Shown here: positions 1 through 9,553 of the stretch, piece after piece
Numbering within the stretch: position 1 is the stretch's first letter
Layout: the number at the start of each line of letters is the position of its first letter
Source: an uncultured Prevotellaceae bacterium
GTDB taxonomy: Bacteria; Bacteroidota; Bacteroidia; Bacteroidales; Bacteroidaceae
NCBI GenBank assembly: GCA_900317305.1
Contig: ONGG01000004.1
Location: forward strand, 40,983-104,982
Direction of reading: 5' to 3'
Length of the DNA: 64,000 bases
Translations under genes and position numbers: made by a program
The notes under the pieces: generated by a model
Told to the model about the DNA's origin: nothing
Seen by the model: only the letters and a program-made list of their open reading frames with translations
Database searches by the model: none

Positions 1-938
1 ATCTCCGCATAGTTCTTGTAGCCCATCAGCTGGGCTTTCTCTGCCCGCAGACGGGCTATCTCCACCACGATGGGGAAGGTGTTGAACGAGCGGCTGCCGT
101 CGGCACGGTGAATGGAGGCCTCATAGACGCGCTTGCGCAACTTGCGGTTCTGAAGGTTGGTGAGAATGGGCTGTTGGGTGGTGTTGATGATCACGATGCA
201 ATAGGGTGTCTTGCTGCCGCGGCTCTCGGCATCTTTCTTGCATTGGGCGATGTCGGCCTCGCTCAGACCAACGAGCTCGTCCTCGCTGTTCACCCACACC
301 AAGGAGTTGTTGGTGGCGTTGGGCAACAGGTCGCCCCACTGCTGCTGGAGTTCGGCGATGCGCAGGTTGATTTCCTTCATGCGTGCCATCTTGTCGTCGG
401 ACAACAGGGCGCCGGAACGGACGAAACTCTTGTAGGTTTCCTCCAACAGCTTCTTGTCCTCTCCCTTCAACTTTTTGTATTGGTGGTCGTACACGTATTT
501 GATGCGCTGGAAGAGTTCTTTGTTGAAGGAGATCTCGTTCTCCAGGTCGGTGAGCAGGGGTGTCACGTTCTTCTGTGTCTCGGCGATCTCGGGTGTCTTG
601 TCGGCACTCACCAGCGCATAGAAGATGCTGGTCACCCTGTCGAGCAGCGCGCCACTCTCCTCAAAGGCCAGGATGGTGTTCTCGAAGGTGGGCTTCTTCT
701 TGTTGGCCACGATACGGGCCACGGCGTCGCGCTGCTCTTGGATGGCAGCCACGATGGCGGGCTGGTAGTCGGAGACTTTGATTTTGCTGAAGTCGGGGGC
801 TCCGAAAGGCAGTGTGCTGGGTTGGAGCAGGGGATTGTTGTCATTGCCGTTGCCACCCATGAGGTCGAGTGGTGCGGCAGGCGACTGCATCATGGCCGAT
901 GCCAGGCCGATGGTAAGGATTGTCTTCACAATGTTCAT
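1..938 (-). CDS. dcp: M3-family metallopeptidase (peptidyl-dipeptidase Dcp-like), 5' part; runs off the left edge
   Basis: Absent from the ORF track because it has no stop in the window. Manual translation from ATG 938: MNIVKTILTIGLASAMM..NNPLLQPSTLPFGAPDFSKI..PTFENTILAFEESG..SFVRSGALL..ARLRAEKAQLMGYKNYAE, the typical Dcp N-terminal half with a signal peptide. The HEXXH motif would lie beyond the edge. Confidence 0.85.
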   Translation of the reverse strand, partial: MNIVKTILTIGLASAMMQSPAAPLDLMGGNGNDNNPLLQPSTLPFGAPDFSKIKVSDYQPAIVAAIQEQRDAVARIVANKKKPTFENTILAFEESGALLDRVTSIFYALVSADKTPEIAETQKNVTPLLTDLENEISFNKELFQRIKYVYDHQYKKLKGEDKKLLEETYKSFVRSGALLSDDKMARMKEINLRIAELQQQWGDLLPNATNNSLVWVNSEDELVGLSEADIAQCKKDAESRGSKTPYCIVIINTTQQPILTNLQNRKLRKRVYEASIHRADGSRSFNTFPIVVEIARLRAEKAQLMGYKNYAE

Positions 939-988
939 AAGTATATAGGTTATAGGATTGATTATTCTTTTGCCTTATCCGCCTTGGT

Positions 989-3814
989 TCATTCCGACAC
1001 GATGTCCTTGTATCTCATCAGGTAGGTGTCGTATTGTGTCTCAAACGGGTGGAAGGGTGCTGCGACGGTCGAGGGATGGTCGAAGAGTTGATGTAGCAGC
1101 ATGGGCACCTTGTCGGCTTCCACGCGGTAGAGATAGAAATCGCCGCTCACGCTGCCCACCGTCTTGGCCAGTACGGGGAAGGCGGTGCGGGCAAACTTCG
1201 GTCCTTGTCCTGAAACGGCGGCATTGTAGCTGAGCACGATGCCGCGGTCGGTCTGCTCGAAACTCACGTTGCCCTGGCGGCACACCATCAGCAGGCCATT
1301 GCCGTCCCTGTCGGTAAGCAGGGCGGCATCCACACCACGGCGGTTGCCCTCGAAATAGAGGTCGTCTTGTTGCAACGCCCAGAACCCATACTTGCCGGCA
1401 CGGAATCTTCCGGGATAGGTGGGCATCACGCCGTTGCCTATCCATTGCACGCGGTCGATGCGTTGGTCGAGCAGGAAGGCCAGCCCTAGTTCCGACAAGA
1501 AAGCGTCGGTGGTGTCGGGAGTGAGGGTGAAGGTGTAGTGCAGGGCGTTGCCCTCTTTCTCGGTGCGGATGTCGGTGGCTATCGGTCCTGCCGTCTTGCC
1601 GTCGGCCGACAGGTGCAGCAGGTAGCGTTCCAGGCGCTTGTCGCCCACTTTCAGGCCCTCGGCCATCGTGGCCTTGCGGCCGGCACGCACGAGCACGCCA
1701 TCTTGTACGAGCGTCATGGCATCGGCAGTTGACTCGGTGAGCGCAGCGAGGATACGGGGCGTGGGGTCGGATGGGTTCACAGGGAGATTTTGTCGGAGGA
1801 ACGTATGGCCCTGCGCATCGCTGACGCTCACCTGGAGCAGGCATATCTTCTCCTTGTTTGGATTCCGGGGAAGGGTCAGCGAATAGTGGGTATGTTCGTG
1901 GGGTGCGCATTGTGGACTGAAGGCTCCGCGGGCCACGGTGTCGCGGTCTTCGGTGTAGGCCCAGACGAAGGTCACCTGGTCTTTCAGGTCGATGAAGTCG
2001 TAGCGGTTGACGATATCGAGCACCAGGGCACTCTCGCTGGTGGTCAGCACGCTGTCGGCGATGAAAGCGCGTGCGTAGTTGTGCTGCAGCTCATAGTAGT
2101 TGGGCAGCGGGGTGCGGTCGGCATAGAGCAGACCGTCGGTGCCCTTGTTGCCAAACATCTCGAATCCGCCTTCATTCGAGGTGAACACGCGTTCCTCATA
2201 GCCATAGCGGTCGGTCAACTTTTCCCTGAAGGGCATGCCTTGGTCTACCCATTCCCATACGCTGCCTCCGGCGATGCCAGGCGTACGCTCGATAATCTCC
2301 CATTGTCGGTCGTGGTCCTCGAGCGAGATGCCCAGGGTGTGGCAATACTCGGTGAAGATGACGGGGCGGTCGCAGTGCTGGTAGAATCCGGCTATCTGAC
2401 CGGTGGTGGGGTAGTGGGGCGAATAGATGGGGGCCTGTGAAGGAAATCCCTTGGCTTTGTCGCCCTCGAAGAACCTGCGGAAATAACTGCCCACTTGTGG
2501 ATAGCAGTAGGGGCGTGAGGGGTCGAGCTCTTCTTTCACGTAGTTGCCCAACTGCACGCAGATGTCGGTAAGTGGGTTCTCGTTGCCCAGGCTCCATATC
2601 AGCACCGAGGGGTGGTTCTTGTCGCGGCGTATGGTGGCTTGGGCGCGCTGTTGGAGAATGGGGTAATAGGAGGGGTCGGAGAGATGCTTGTCGCCGAAGC
2701 CGAAGGGCACCTCGTCGATGATGTAAAAGCCCAGCGAGTCGGCCAGTTCATAGAAGCGGGGCTCGCGGGGGTAGTGCGAGGTGCGGATGTAGTTCACCGA
2801 GGCTTCCTTCATCAGTTTCATATCCCGGAGGATACTGGCCTCGTCAATCACCTTCACCGTCTGAGGGTCGGTGGAGTGGCTGGTCACGCCGCGCAATTTG
2901 ATGGGCTGGCCGTTGAGTTTCAGGATATTGCCGTCGATGGTCAGTTCGCGGAAACCGAACTTGTGCTCAAAGGTCTGAAGTGTTCTCCCTTTTTGTGTCA
3001 GGGTGGTGCGGAGGGTATAGAGGTAGGGTGTCTCGGCGGTCCAGAGATGGGGTTGGTCTACCTTGGTCGTTCCCACCTTGTGGCCCTGGGCATCGAGAAT
3101 CTCATGGGTCACCTTTGTGGCCTTGGTGGCATGGGCTACAGCAGTGGCCACATTCACCTCGCCGTTGTTCTTGGTGGTGATGGTCAGGTCGCTCAGGTGG
3201 GTGTCGGGTACGGCCATCAGTGTCACGTCACGGATGATGCCGCTGGGTGCCCAGTCGTCGTTATAGTCGAAGTCGCTGCCCGGAAAATCGGTGATGACGC
3301 GCATGGCCAACTGCTGTGGCGCATTCCATCCCTTCCCCTTTTGTTTCGAGGGAATGAGGTAGTCGGTGATGTCGAAAAGGGCGGTGTTGTATCCCGAATT
3401 CCAGGAGTCCACATAGTGGTCGTTGATCCACAGGTCGTAGCCATAGAGCACGCCGTCCATGCGGAGCACGATGCGCTGGCCCTTCCATTCCTCGGGAATG
3501 GTGAATGTGGTGCGGTAGTAGCCGGTCAGGGGACTGGCACTGTCATATTTCGGTTTGCAGAGTCCATAGGCTTCCCAGCATCCTGGTACGGGAATCTTGG
3601 TCCAGCTGTCATCGATGGCTGGAATGGACTGATGGAGGACGCCTTCGGCACAGACCACGATTTCACCAATCACTTTGATGTCCCACTCTCCGTTCAGGCT
3701 TTTCTTCATTGCCGGGTCGGTCACGGGCAGGATGCCGTGAAAGGCGTCTTCTGTCTGGGCAGATGAGCTGAGAGCAAGTACCGCCAGCAGCAAGAGCAAC
3801 AGGTGTCTTTTCAT
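989..3814 (-). CDS. GH2 beta-galactosidase-like glycoside hydrolase, secreted
   Basis: 941 aa; signal peptide; SLNGEW sugar-binding domain start; IRTSHYP; NHPSVLIWSLGNE (acid/base); TEYCH (nucleophile). Confidence 0.9.
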   Translation of the reverse strand: MKRHLLLLLLAVLALSSSAQTEDAFHGILPVTDPAMKKSLNGEWDIKVIGEIVVCAEGVLHQSIPAIDDSWTKIPVPGCWEAYGLCKPKYDSASPLTGYYRTTFTIPEEWKGQRIVLRMDGVLYGYDLWINDHYVDSWNSGYNTALFDITDYLIPSKQKGKGWNAPQQLAMRVITDFPGSDFDYNDDWAPSGIIRDVTLMAVPDTHLSDLTITTKNNGEVNVATAVAHATKATKVTHEILDAQGHKVGTTKVDQPHLWTAETPYLYTLRTTLTQKGRTLQTFEHKFGFRELTIDGNILKLNGQPIKLRGVTSHSTDPQTVKVIDEASILRDMKLMKEASVNYIRTSHYPREPRFYELADSLGFYIIDEVPFGFGDKHLSDPSYYPILQQRAQATIRRDKNHPSVLIWSLGNENPLTDICVQLGNYVKEELDPSRPYCYPQVGSYFRRFFEGDKAKGFPSQAPIYSPHYPTTGQIAGFYQHCDRPVIFTEYCHTLGISLEDHDRQWEIIERTPGIAGGSVWEWVDQGMPFREKLTDRYGYEERVFTSNEGGFEMFGNKGTDGLLYADRTPLPNYYELQHNYARAFIADSVLTTSESALVLDIVNRYDFIDLKDQVTFVWAYTEDRDTVARGAFSPQCAPHEHTHYSLTLPRNPNKEKICLLQVSVSDAQGHTFLRQNLPVNPSDPTPRILAALTESTADAMTLVQDGVLVRAGRKATMAEGLKVGDKRLERYLLHLSADGKTAGPIATDIRTEKEGNALHYTFTLTPDTTDAFLSELGLAFLLDQRIDRVQWIGNGVMPTYPGRFRAGKYGFWALQQDDLYFEGNRRGVDAALLTDRDGNGLLMVCRQGNVSFEQTDRGIVLSYNAAVSGQGPKFARTAFPVLAKTVGSVSGDFYLYRVEADKVPMLLHQLFDHPSTVAAPFHPFETQYDTYLMRYKDIVSE

Positions 3815-5949
3815 CGTATTTGCTTGTATATGAGGTCGATCTTGGTGTATTTGCGCTCTTTCTGGTTGTTCCAGTGCTCAAAGAGTCCAAGAGGTTGCTC
3901 CAGGGGCTTGCCGTCTTGCTTGTAGACGGTGCCGCTGGGGGCATTGGGGATGGAGGCGGCCTCGCGCAGGTACTCGTCGCAGTAGTTCAGGCTGCCGAAT
4001 TCGGGCCACTCACCGATGAGGATGTCCATGCCCACGGCATCGCAGGCCACCTCGTCTTGTGAGACGATGATTGAGCAGGCCCAGTCGCCGTTGAAGGGTT
4101 CTTTCTGCCACTTCGGGGCAGGAGCTCCGTTCACGTCGCGCGACCCGTAGGTGCCGTCGATGAGGAATAGCAGGGTCTTTTGTCCCATGTTCTTGTGGGC
4201 CATGAAGTCGACGAAGGTCTTGTAGCCGGGCTTGCCGTGACGCTTGTCTTGACTCACGTTGTTGTGGGCATTCTGTCGCCAAAGCAGGTTGATGTCGGTG
4301 GCGCCATACCAGTTCTTGCCGGTCAGGGTGACACCCGGTCCCGAATGGGTCTTCAGCAGGGCGCTGTTGATGAGGTAGTCGGCGTCTACGATGCATTTGG
4401 CCAGGCCACGGGCCATCTTGCCGTTCTCTTCCGAGTAGACAATCTGCTCGGGGTAGTACTCGCATTTCTGTCGGCCGTCGCCACCGATGTTGTCGATGAA
4501 CACCACGTTGGGAAACTCGCGGTGTATCTTGTTGTAGATGCTGTCGGTGATGGCACGGCTGGGTTCACAGAGGATGATGTCGCGCTGGCGTATACCGCCC
4601 TCGTTCACCAAGGAGCGCACCAGTGCAAGGGTGAGGAAAGGCGACGAGTTCAACTCTATCGTATCGTGGTGGGTAATGGCGTTGTTCAGGTTGAGTTTCA
4701 CGGCTATCGTCTCGCCTTTCCGGTATCCGCGGTTGCCACGCCCATGGGTCTTGTTGAAGTGCTTGAAGAGGGCTTTCCATGCCTTTTGTGGGGTGGGGGC
4801 TCCAGTGAGTTGCACCACGGCCTCGCGAACCATCGCGTCGGCCTTCGACTGGTCGTTCCATCGGTCTTCCACCCACAGACCGGTCCGGCCGTCCCACTTG
4901 GCTACACCAGGACTGTGTATCCACGCCACACGGCCGGGATGGATGCCACGGCCTACACCGATAGGTTCGTTAGGCCCGACAAACTGTTTGGGTCTGACGG
5001 GGTTGAATTCGCCGAAGAACAACCGGTCACGGTTCACGGCCTCGCTCAGCGGCTGGATGGTGGTAGAGGGACCAAGGTCGGGCGATACCCAGGAGCGGAG
5101 TTGCCACACCACCTTGCCGTCCTTGTCAATCTCCACGGCCTGCACGGGGGCATTGGCGGTGTCCATAGGGGTTTTGTTCCACTCGTTATACCAGTTGTTG
5201 ATGAGATGGTGCCCGTCCTTCAGCCTCACAGTCTTCTGTGGTTGGGTCACGCCATATTCGGTGGTGTTGGTCTGCCATACGGTCTCGCCCATGCGGGTGA
5301 TTTCCTGGATGAGGCCCTTGCGGCCGGTGATGAGCAGGTTGCCTTTGGGCAACTCCTGTGCCGACCAGGGCAGCAGTCCCGTCCAACGGTCCACTTCCTT
5401 GCCATCACAAGTGTATTCGTTCACCATGCCCAGTCCCATGTTGGCCACGAGCAGCGTGCCACGCGAGGTGAGGCGGGCATTCCTGAACTGTCCATGCACG
5501 GAGCCTTTCTCCGAGACGGGCTGCTCAAACTCGCGTACGATTCTTTTCGAAGGTATCTCCATCACCACGGCCTTGGCGGGATGTCCGTTCTGCACAAATA
5601 CCACATGGGTGCGGCCGATGGGCTGGATGGTGTGGATCTCTGTGCCTTCAGGGGCATCGTAGTGCCATACCACCTGGTTGTCCTGGGTCACCTCGGCGAT
5701 GCCGTATTGGTGGGCCATCAGGATATGTCCGTCGGTCATCAGTATGGCGTCGCTGATCTCGCCACGCCATTCTTTGTTCCAGTACGACCATGCCACCTGG
5801 CCGTCCTTGACGATAAACATTCTCATCTGCTTGCTTTGGCCGGCGTAGAAGAAGTCGTGGCGGCCAAGGCTCTCGTCGACTGCCGACTGCGCCATGGCAA
5901 AAATGCTCCACATAAGAAGGGCCAGCAGTGTGTAGATTTGTTTTTTCAT
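3811..5949 (-). CDS. Secreted fusion: N-terminal beta-propeller-like repeat domain + C-terminal DUF362 domain
   Basis: 712 aa; signal peptide; repeated G(x)VVW blades in aa ~25-300; DUF362-like motifs GETIAVKLNLN and DYLINSALLKTHSGPGVTLTGKNWYG. The stop overlaps the GH2 start by 4 nt. Confidence 0.7.
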   Translation of the reverse strand: MKKQIYTLLALLMWSIFAMAQSAVDESLGRHDFFYAGQSKQMRMFIVKDGQVAWSYWNKEWRGEISDAILMTDGHILMAHQYGIAEVTQDNQVVWHYDAPEGTEIHTIQPIGRTHVVFVQNGHPAKAVVMEIPSKRIVREFEQPVSEKGSVHGQFRNARLTSRGTLLVANMGLGMVNEYTCDGKEVDRWTGLLPWSAQELPKGNLLITGRKGLIQEITRMGETVWQTNTTEYGVTQPQKTVRLKDGHHLINNWYNEWNKTPMDTANAPVQAVEIDKDGKVVWQLRSWVSPDLGPSTTIQPLSEAVNRDRLFFGEFNPVRPKQFVGPNEPIGVGRGIHPGRVAWIHSPGVAKWDGRTGLWVEDRWNDQSKADAMVREAVVQLTGAPTPQKAWKALFKHFNKTHGRGNRGYRKGETIAVKLNLNNAITHHDTIELNSSPFLTLALVRSLVNEGGIRQRDIILCEPSRAITDSIYNKIHREFPNVVFIDNIGGDGRQKCEYYPEQIVYSEENGKMARGLAKCIVDADYLINSALLKTHSGPGVTLTGKNWYGATDINLLWRQNAHNNVSQDKRHGKPGYKTFVDFMAHKNMGQKTLLFLIDGTYGSRDVNGAPAPKWQKEPFNGDWACSIIVSQDEVACDAVGMDILIGEWPEFGSLNYCDEYLREAASIPNAPSGTVYKQDGKPLEQPLGLFEHWNNQKERKYTKIDLIYKQIR

Positions 5950-6244
5950 GTAAGTGTAGGTGTAGTTTTGGTTAGTTGTCTATTTTTCGGGTATCAATTT
6001 ATTCCACAAAAATAGTAAAAAAACAGTGAAAAACAAATTGCTTGACAAAATTGAGGGTAAAATGATTATATTTCAATGTTTTTTCTCGATGGCTCCATTC
6101 GACTTGTTAGCAATATTCCACATTTTTTATAAAGCTGAAACATACGGCTCCGCCTATTGTTTATCCTTACAAAAAAACACTTGTCGGTCGCTATGGGCTG
6201 ATGTGACTTGTACTGTTGTTCACACTTTCACTCATCCAAACGAA

Positions 6245-7906
6245 TCACATGTTACTCCTGTCTTGATACTCATCATAGTCGATGGAGTGCAGCACGATGC
6301 GGTGGCGGTTTTTGTCGTAGTTGACGTTGACAAAGCTGCGTGAGGGCGAGAAAGCGCTTGTGCTTATTCCTGCCACATCAAGTAATGTGTGCCCAATGTC
6401 GTCGGCACAGATGGGATAGTGCTTGGCTTCTTCCAATCTTTGCCTGAGTGATGGGTGGCCTGCGGTGAATGTGGGAGAGAGCCAAACCAGCAAGGGAATG
6501 CGTATCTGATAATTCAAGTCGGGCGACGATTCGGCATTGCCATGCCCCATGTAGTTGCGAAGTTCGTAAATCTCTTCTCCATGGTCGGGGAAATAGAATA
6601 CACAGCAATTGGTGTGCTCGAATTTCTTGATAATCTTGTCAATAACATAGTCGTTGTAAAGGGTGGCATTGTCGTAGTGGGCGATGGTGGCACGTTGGTC
6701 CTCATTGTATTTCTTGTCGTAGTCACTAGCCCTGAACTTGCCGAAAGATTGGGGATAGTCTGCCTCATAATCAAAATGCTGCCCCTGAAGGTGAATGATA
6801 TATAGGGTAGGACTGTCGCTCATCTCAATGTCATCCACCATGTCGCCATCGTATTGGTATTCTCTTGTGTTACGGTAGTCGAAAAGAATGTCAGAAAGTT
6901 CCTTGTCTGACAAAAATGATATGCCCGAACCGATGGAGTATTGATTGTCGTACATCATGGTGCGATAGCCCGCAGCTTTGAAACAGGCAGGGAAAAGAGG
7001 TGTCGTAGCGAAATCCACACCCTGAGCGTTGAGTGAGAAATCGGCCGCCATTGACGCCGAGGTGGCATCATGCAAGGTCACGGCATTGTCGAACACCACC
7101 ATACTGCCGTCTTTCACCCTCTCAGCCAACAAAGGGTTTGTCGCTTTCTCGTAACCATAGAGCGAGGTATGGTACACGCTGTGCGATTCGCCGATGATAA
7201 CGATAATGGTTGGAAAGTCGGAAGACTTGGCACTCGCTTCCACGTTTTTGCAGACATCGCGTAAGAGCACGATGTCGCTGTTCTTCTGCTTGAGTTGGTA
7301 GATAGAGTAGCCCAGTCGTGTGAGTGTGGTGTGCTGGGGTATCGACATGCCATCTCGGTATCGTAGAAACCCATATCCTCCATATAGTGCTAGTCCCAAT
7401 CCTGTCAGAGAGAAAAGAAAGGCAGGGATGGTGTAGCGGGTTTTTGAGAAAAGGGTGGATAATCCATAAATGATGGCTAATAGGACGGCCAATAAAGCTA
7501 GGACAATTAGTATTTGGATGGGTGGAAGATAAGTGTTGAAAAACGACAAGGCCTCTTCGCGGTTGGTTTCGCCAATGATGTTGACGACGCCTTGATTGAG
7601 GAACGAGTTGAATCGGAAGAGCAGGAAATACTCACACGCTATCAGAATGCTGTGAAGCAGGGTGATAAGCACTACATATAATTGCTTGATGCTTTTCTTC
7701 GTGAGGACAACATAGATGGCACTCTCTATATACGCGATAAAAGCCGAGAGAAAAAAGACGCTGAAATAGGTGAATGGCATGTTGTCTTCACTTGTCACTA
7801 CATAGTTCGACACCAGGTTGAGTAGGAATACAAACATGTAAAACCAACCCTTGACGGGTCGGGTGCATAGCATATAGATCTTGTAGAGCAGTCCTTTCGC
7901 CTTCAT
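6245..7906 (-). CDS. Phosphoethanolamine transferase (EptA/MCR-like sulfatase-fold family)
   Basis: About 5 N-terminal TM helices; IIVIIGES (metal Glu), catalytic Thr in HDATSAS, HLQGQH, PDHGE, GHG. Start moved to ATG 7906 because a -7 promoter box overlaps the 7939 start. Confidence 0.88.
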   Translation of the reverse strand: MKAKGLLYKIYMLCTRPVKGWFYMFVFLLNLVSNYVVTSEDNMPFTYFSVFFLSAFIAYIESAIYVVLTKKSIKQLYVVLITLLHSILIACEYFLLFRFNSFLNQGVVNIIGETNREEALSFFNTYLPPIQILIVLALLAVLLAIIYGLSTLFSKTRYTIPAFLFSLTGLGLALYGGYGFLRYRDGMSIPQHTTLTRLGYSIYQLKQKNSDIVLLRDVCKNVEASAKSSDFPTIIVIIGESHSVYHTSLYGYEKATNPLLAERVKDGSMVVFDNAVTLHDATSASMAADFSLNAQGVDFATTPLFPACFKAAGYRTMMYDNQYSIGSGISFLSDKELSDILFDYRNTREYQYDGDMVDDIEMSDSPTLYIIHLQGQHFDYEADYPQSFGKFRASDYDKKYNEDQRATIAHYDNATLYNDYVIDKIIKKFEHTNCCVFYFPDHGEEIYELRNYMGHGNAESSPDLNYQIRIPLLVWLSPTFTAGHPSLRQRLEEAKHYPICADDIGHTLLDVAGISTSAFSPSRSFVNVNYDKNRHRIVLHSIDYDEYQDRSNM

Positions 7907-7936
7907 TGGTGATAGCAATAGTATGGAAAGTGGTGC

Positions 7937-7944
7937 CAAAGTTA
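7937..7944 (-). promoter_or_regulatory. Bacteroidetes -7 promoter box (TAACTTTG) for the pEtN transferase
   Basis: Exact TAnnTTTG on the minus strand, 30 nt upstream of ATG 7906. Confidence 0.6.
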
Positions 7945-8028
7945 GTGCAAGTTGGGTGGAACACCAAGTAAACGAACAAGTTTTTGTAAATAATAATGAG
8001 AAAACGTTCGCCGATGGATTTTATTTAG

Positions 8029-8036
8029 TATCTTTG
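8029..8036 (+). promoter_or_regulatory. -7 promoter box (TATCTTTG) for the histidine phosphatase
   Basis: Exact TAnnTTTG in the AT-rich divergent spacer. Confidence 0.55.
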
Positions 8037-8175
8037 TAGTCGGCAATTGTTTCTTTCTCCAGAACAAGAAAATCAAAAATGCCGCTGTTTAATGTCATGG
8101 TCCGAATCGTCGGACAGCATATACCATCTCGAAATTATCAATTATTCATCAATAACATTCTTAACTGTAGAATCC

Positions 8176-9438
8176 ATGAAAAAATTCCTACACATTCTGG
8201 TTCTCGTACTCTGTGCCAATCTGGCATGGGGACAGGGTACTCCGGCCCTCGAACAACTCAAGGCCGACCCTCGAAAGGCGTATGGCAATGATTATCCCTA
8301 TTCAATGGTCACACACCAGCTCACAAAGGCACCGAAGGGATACAAGCCTTTCTACATCAGTCATTATTCAAGGCATGGGTCGCGTTATTATTGGACCGAC
8401 CGGCTCTATATCACGCTCGATACCTTGATGACCAAGGCTCACGAAAAGCATCTGCTCACTGCCGAGGGCGAGGCGTTCTACAAGAAGTTCATGGCAGCCA
8501 AAGAGGAACTGATGACGGGCGTGAGCGAACTCACCCAACTGGGATGGGAACAGCATCAGTTCATCGCACGCAATATGTACAACAACTTCCCCGAAGTATT
8601 CAAAAAAGGTGGCAACGTGCTGGCCATCTCCTCGCTTTCGGGGCGCTGTGTGCTCAGTATGTCGGCTTTCTGCCAGGAACTCGTGCAGTGTAATCCCAAG
8701 ATCGAGATCCGTGAGCAGTCGTCACGATTCACCCTCGATGGCGTGGTGCCTACCGACAGACAGAACCCAATCAAACACAAGTTCCCGAAAGCCAAGCCCA
8801 AATTTGAGGCAAACCGCGATAAGTTCAAAAGCGATGATTCGCTCGGCGACAAGGTCGTCCAACGCGTCTTCACCAGCACCGAGGGACTGCCTGGCAACCC
8901 GCGCCGCTTGGGAAACAGTCTGGTCGACCTCTACACCACGCTCCCAAGTATCGGACATGAGGGCATGATGGGCAATATCGTTACCGACGAGGAAATCGTG
9001 CAAAGATGGGAAGGCTCCAATCTGGGCTCCTACACCTGGGTGTTTGAACCACAGTATGAGACGATTCCTATCCTGCAGGACATTCTCAAAAAGGCCGAGG
9101 CCAAAATCAACGGCACCAACGACCGTATAGCCGACTTGCGTTTCGGGCACGACACCTGCCTCGGACCGCTTACCGTGTTGATGGGCATCAATGGCGCCGA
9201 CCGTGACCCGGCCGATCCTTATGAGGTGAAAAACTGCTACCAGAACTGGGAAACGTGCAAGGCATCCAACTTCCAGCTCATTTTCTATCGTGGAAAGAAA
9301 TCCTCCGACGATATCCTCGTGAAATGCCTGCTCAATGGCGAGGAAGCCACGCTGCCTGTGAAAACCGACAACTTCCCATACTATAAGTGGTCGGATTTCC
9401 GCGACTTCTACACCGCAAAAATCAATTCGGTGAAGTAA
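8176..9438 (+). CDS. Histidine acid phosphatase (branch 2, phytase/MINPP-like), secreted
   Basis: SHYSRHGSRY (RHGxR) and RFGHDT (HD) motifs; signal peptide from ATG 8176 (MKKFLHILVLVLCANLAWG). Confidence 0.85.
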   Translation: MKKFLHILVLVLCANLAWGQGTPALEQLKADPRKAYGNDYPYSMVTHQLTKAPKGYKPFYISHYSRHGSRYYWTDRLYITLDTLMTKAHEKHLLTAEGEAFYKKFMAAKEELMTGVSELTQLGWEQHQFIARNMYNNFPEVFKKGGNVLAISSLSGRCVLSMSAFCQELVQCNPKIEIREQSSRFTLDGVVPTDRQNPIKHKFPKAKPKFEANRDKFKSDDSLGDKVVQRVFTSTEGLPGNPRRLGNSLVDLYTTLPSIGHEGMMGNIVTDEEIVQRWEGSNLGSYTWVFEPQYETIPILQDILKKAEAKINGTNDRIADLRFGHDTCLGPLTVLMGINGADRDPADPYEVKNCYQNWETCKASNFQLIFYRGKKSSDDILVKCLLNGEEATLPVKTDNFPYYKWSDFRDFYTAKINSVK

Positions 9439-9508
9439 GCGGGACTACAGAAAATGGGGCTTGCTGGCTACGTCACGCTCACTACCATCCAATACTTGAT
9501 TCTGAAAT

Positions 9509-9538
9509 ACGGAGGCTCCTGGTAAAAGGGGCCTCCGT
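9509..9538. terminator. Hairpin between convergent phosphatase and fucosidase genes
   Basis: acggaggctcct / aggggcctccgt stem; no strong U-tract. Confidence 0.55.
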
Positions 9539-9553
9539 GTGTGATGTATGTGC

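Noticed and set aside
6245-7939. Mobile mcr resistance cassette
   Set aside because: No IS, integrase or linked PAP2 gene; the context is chromosomal.
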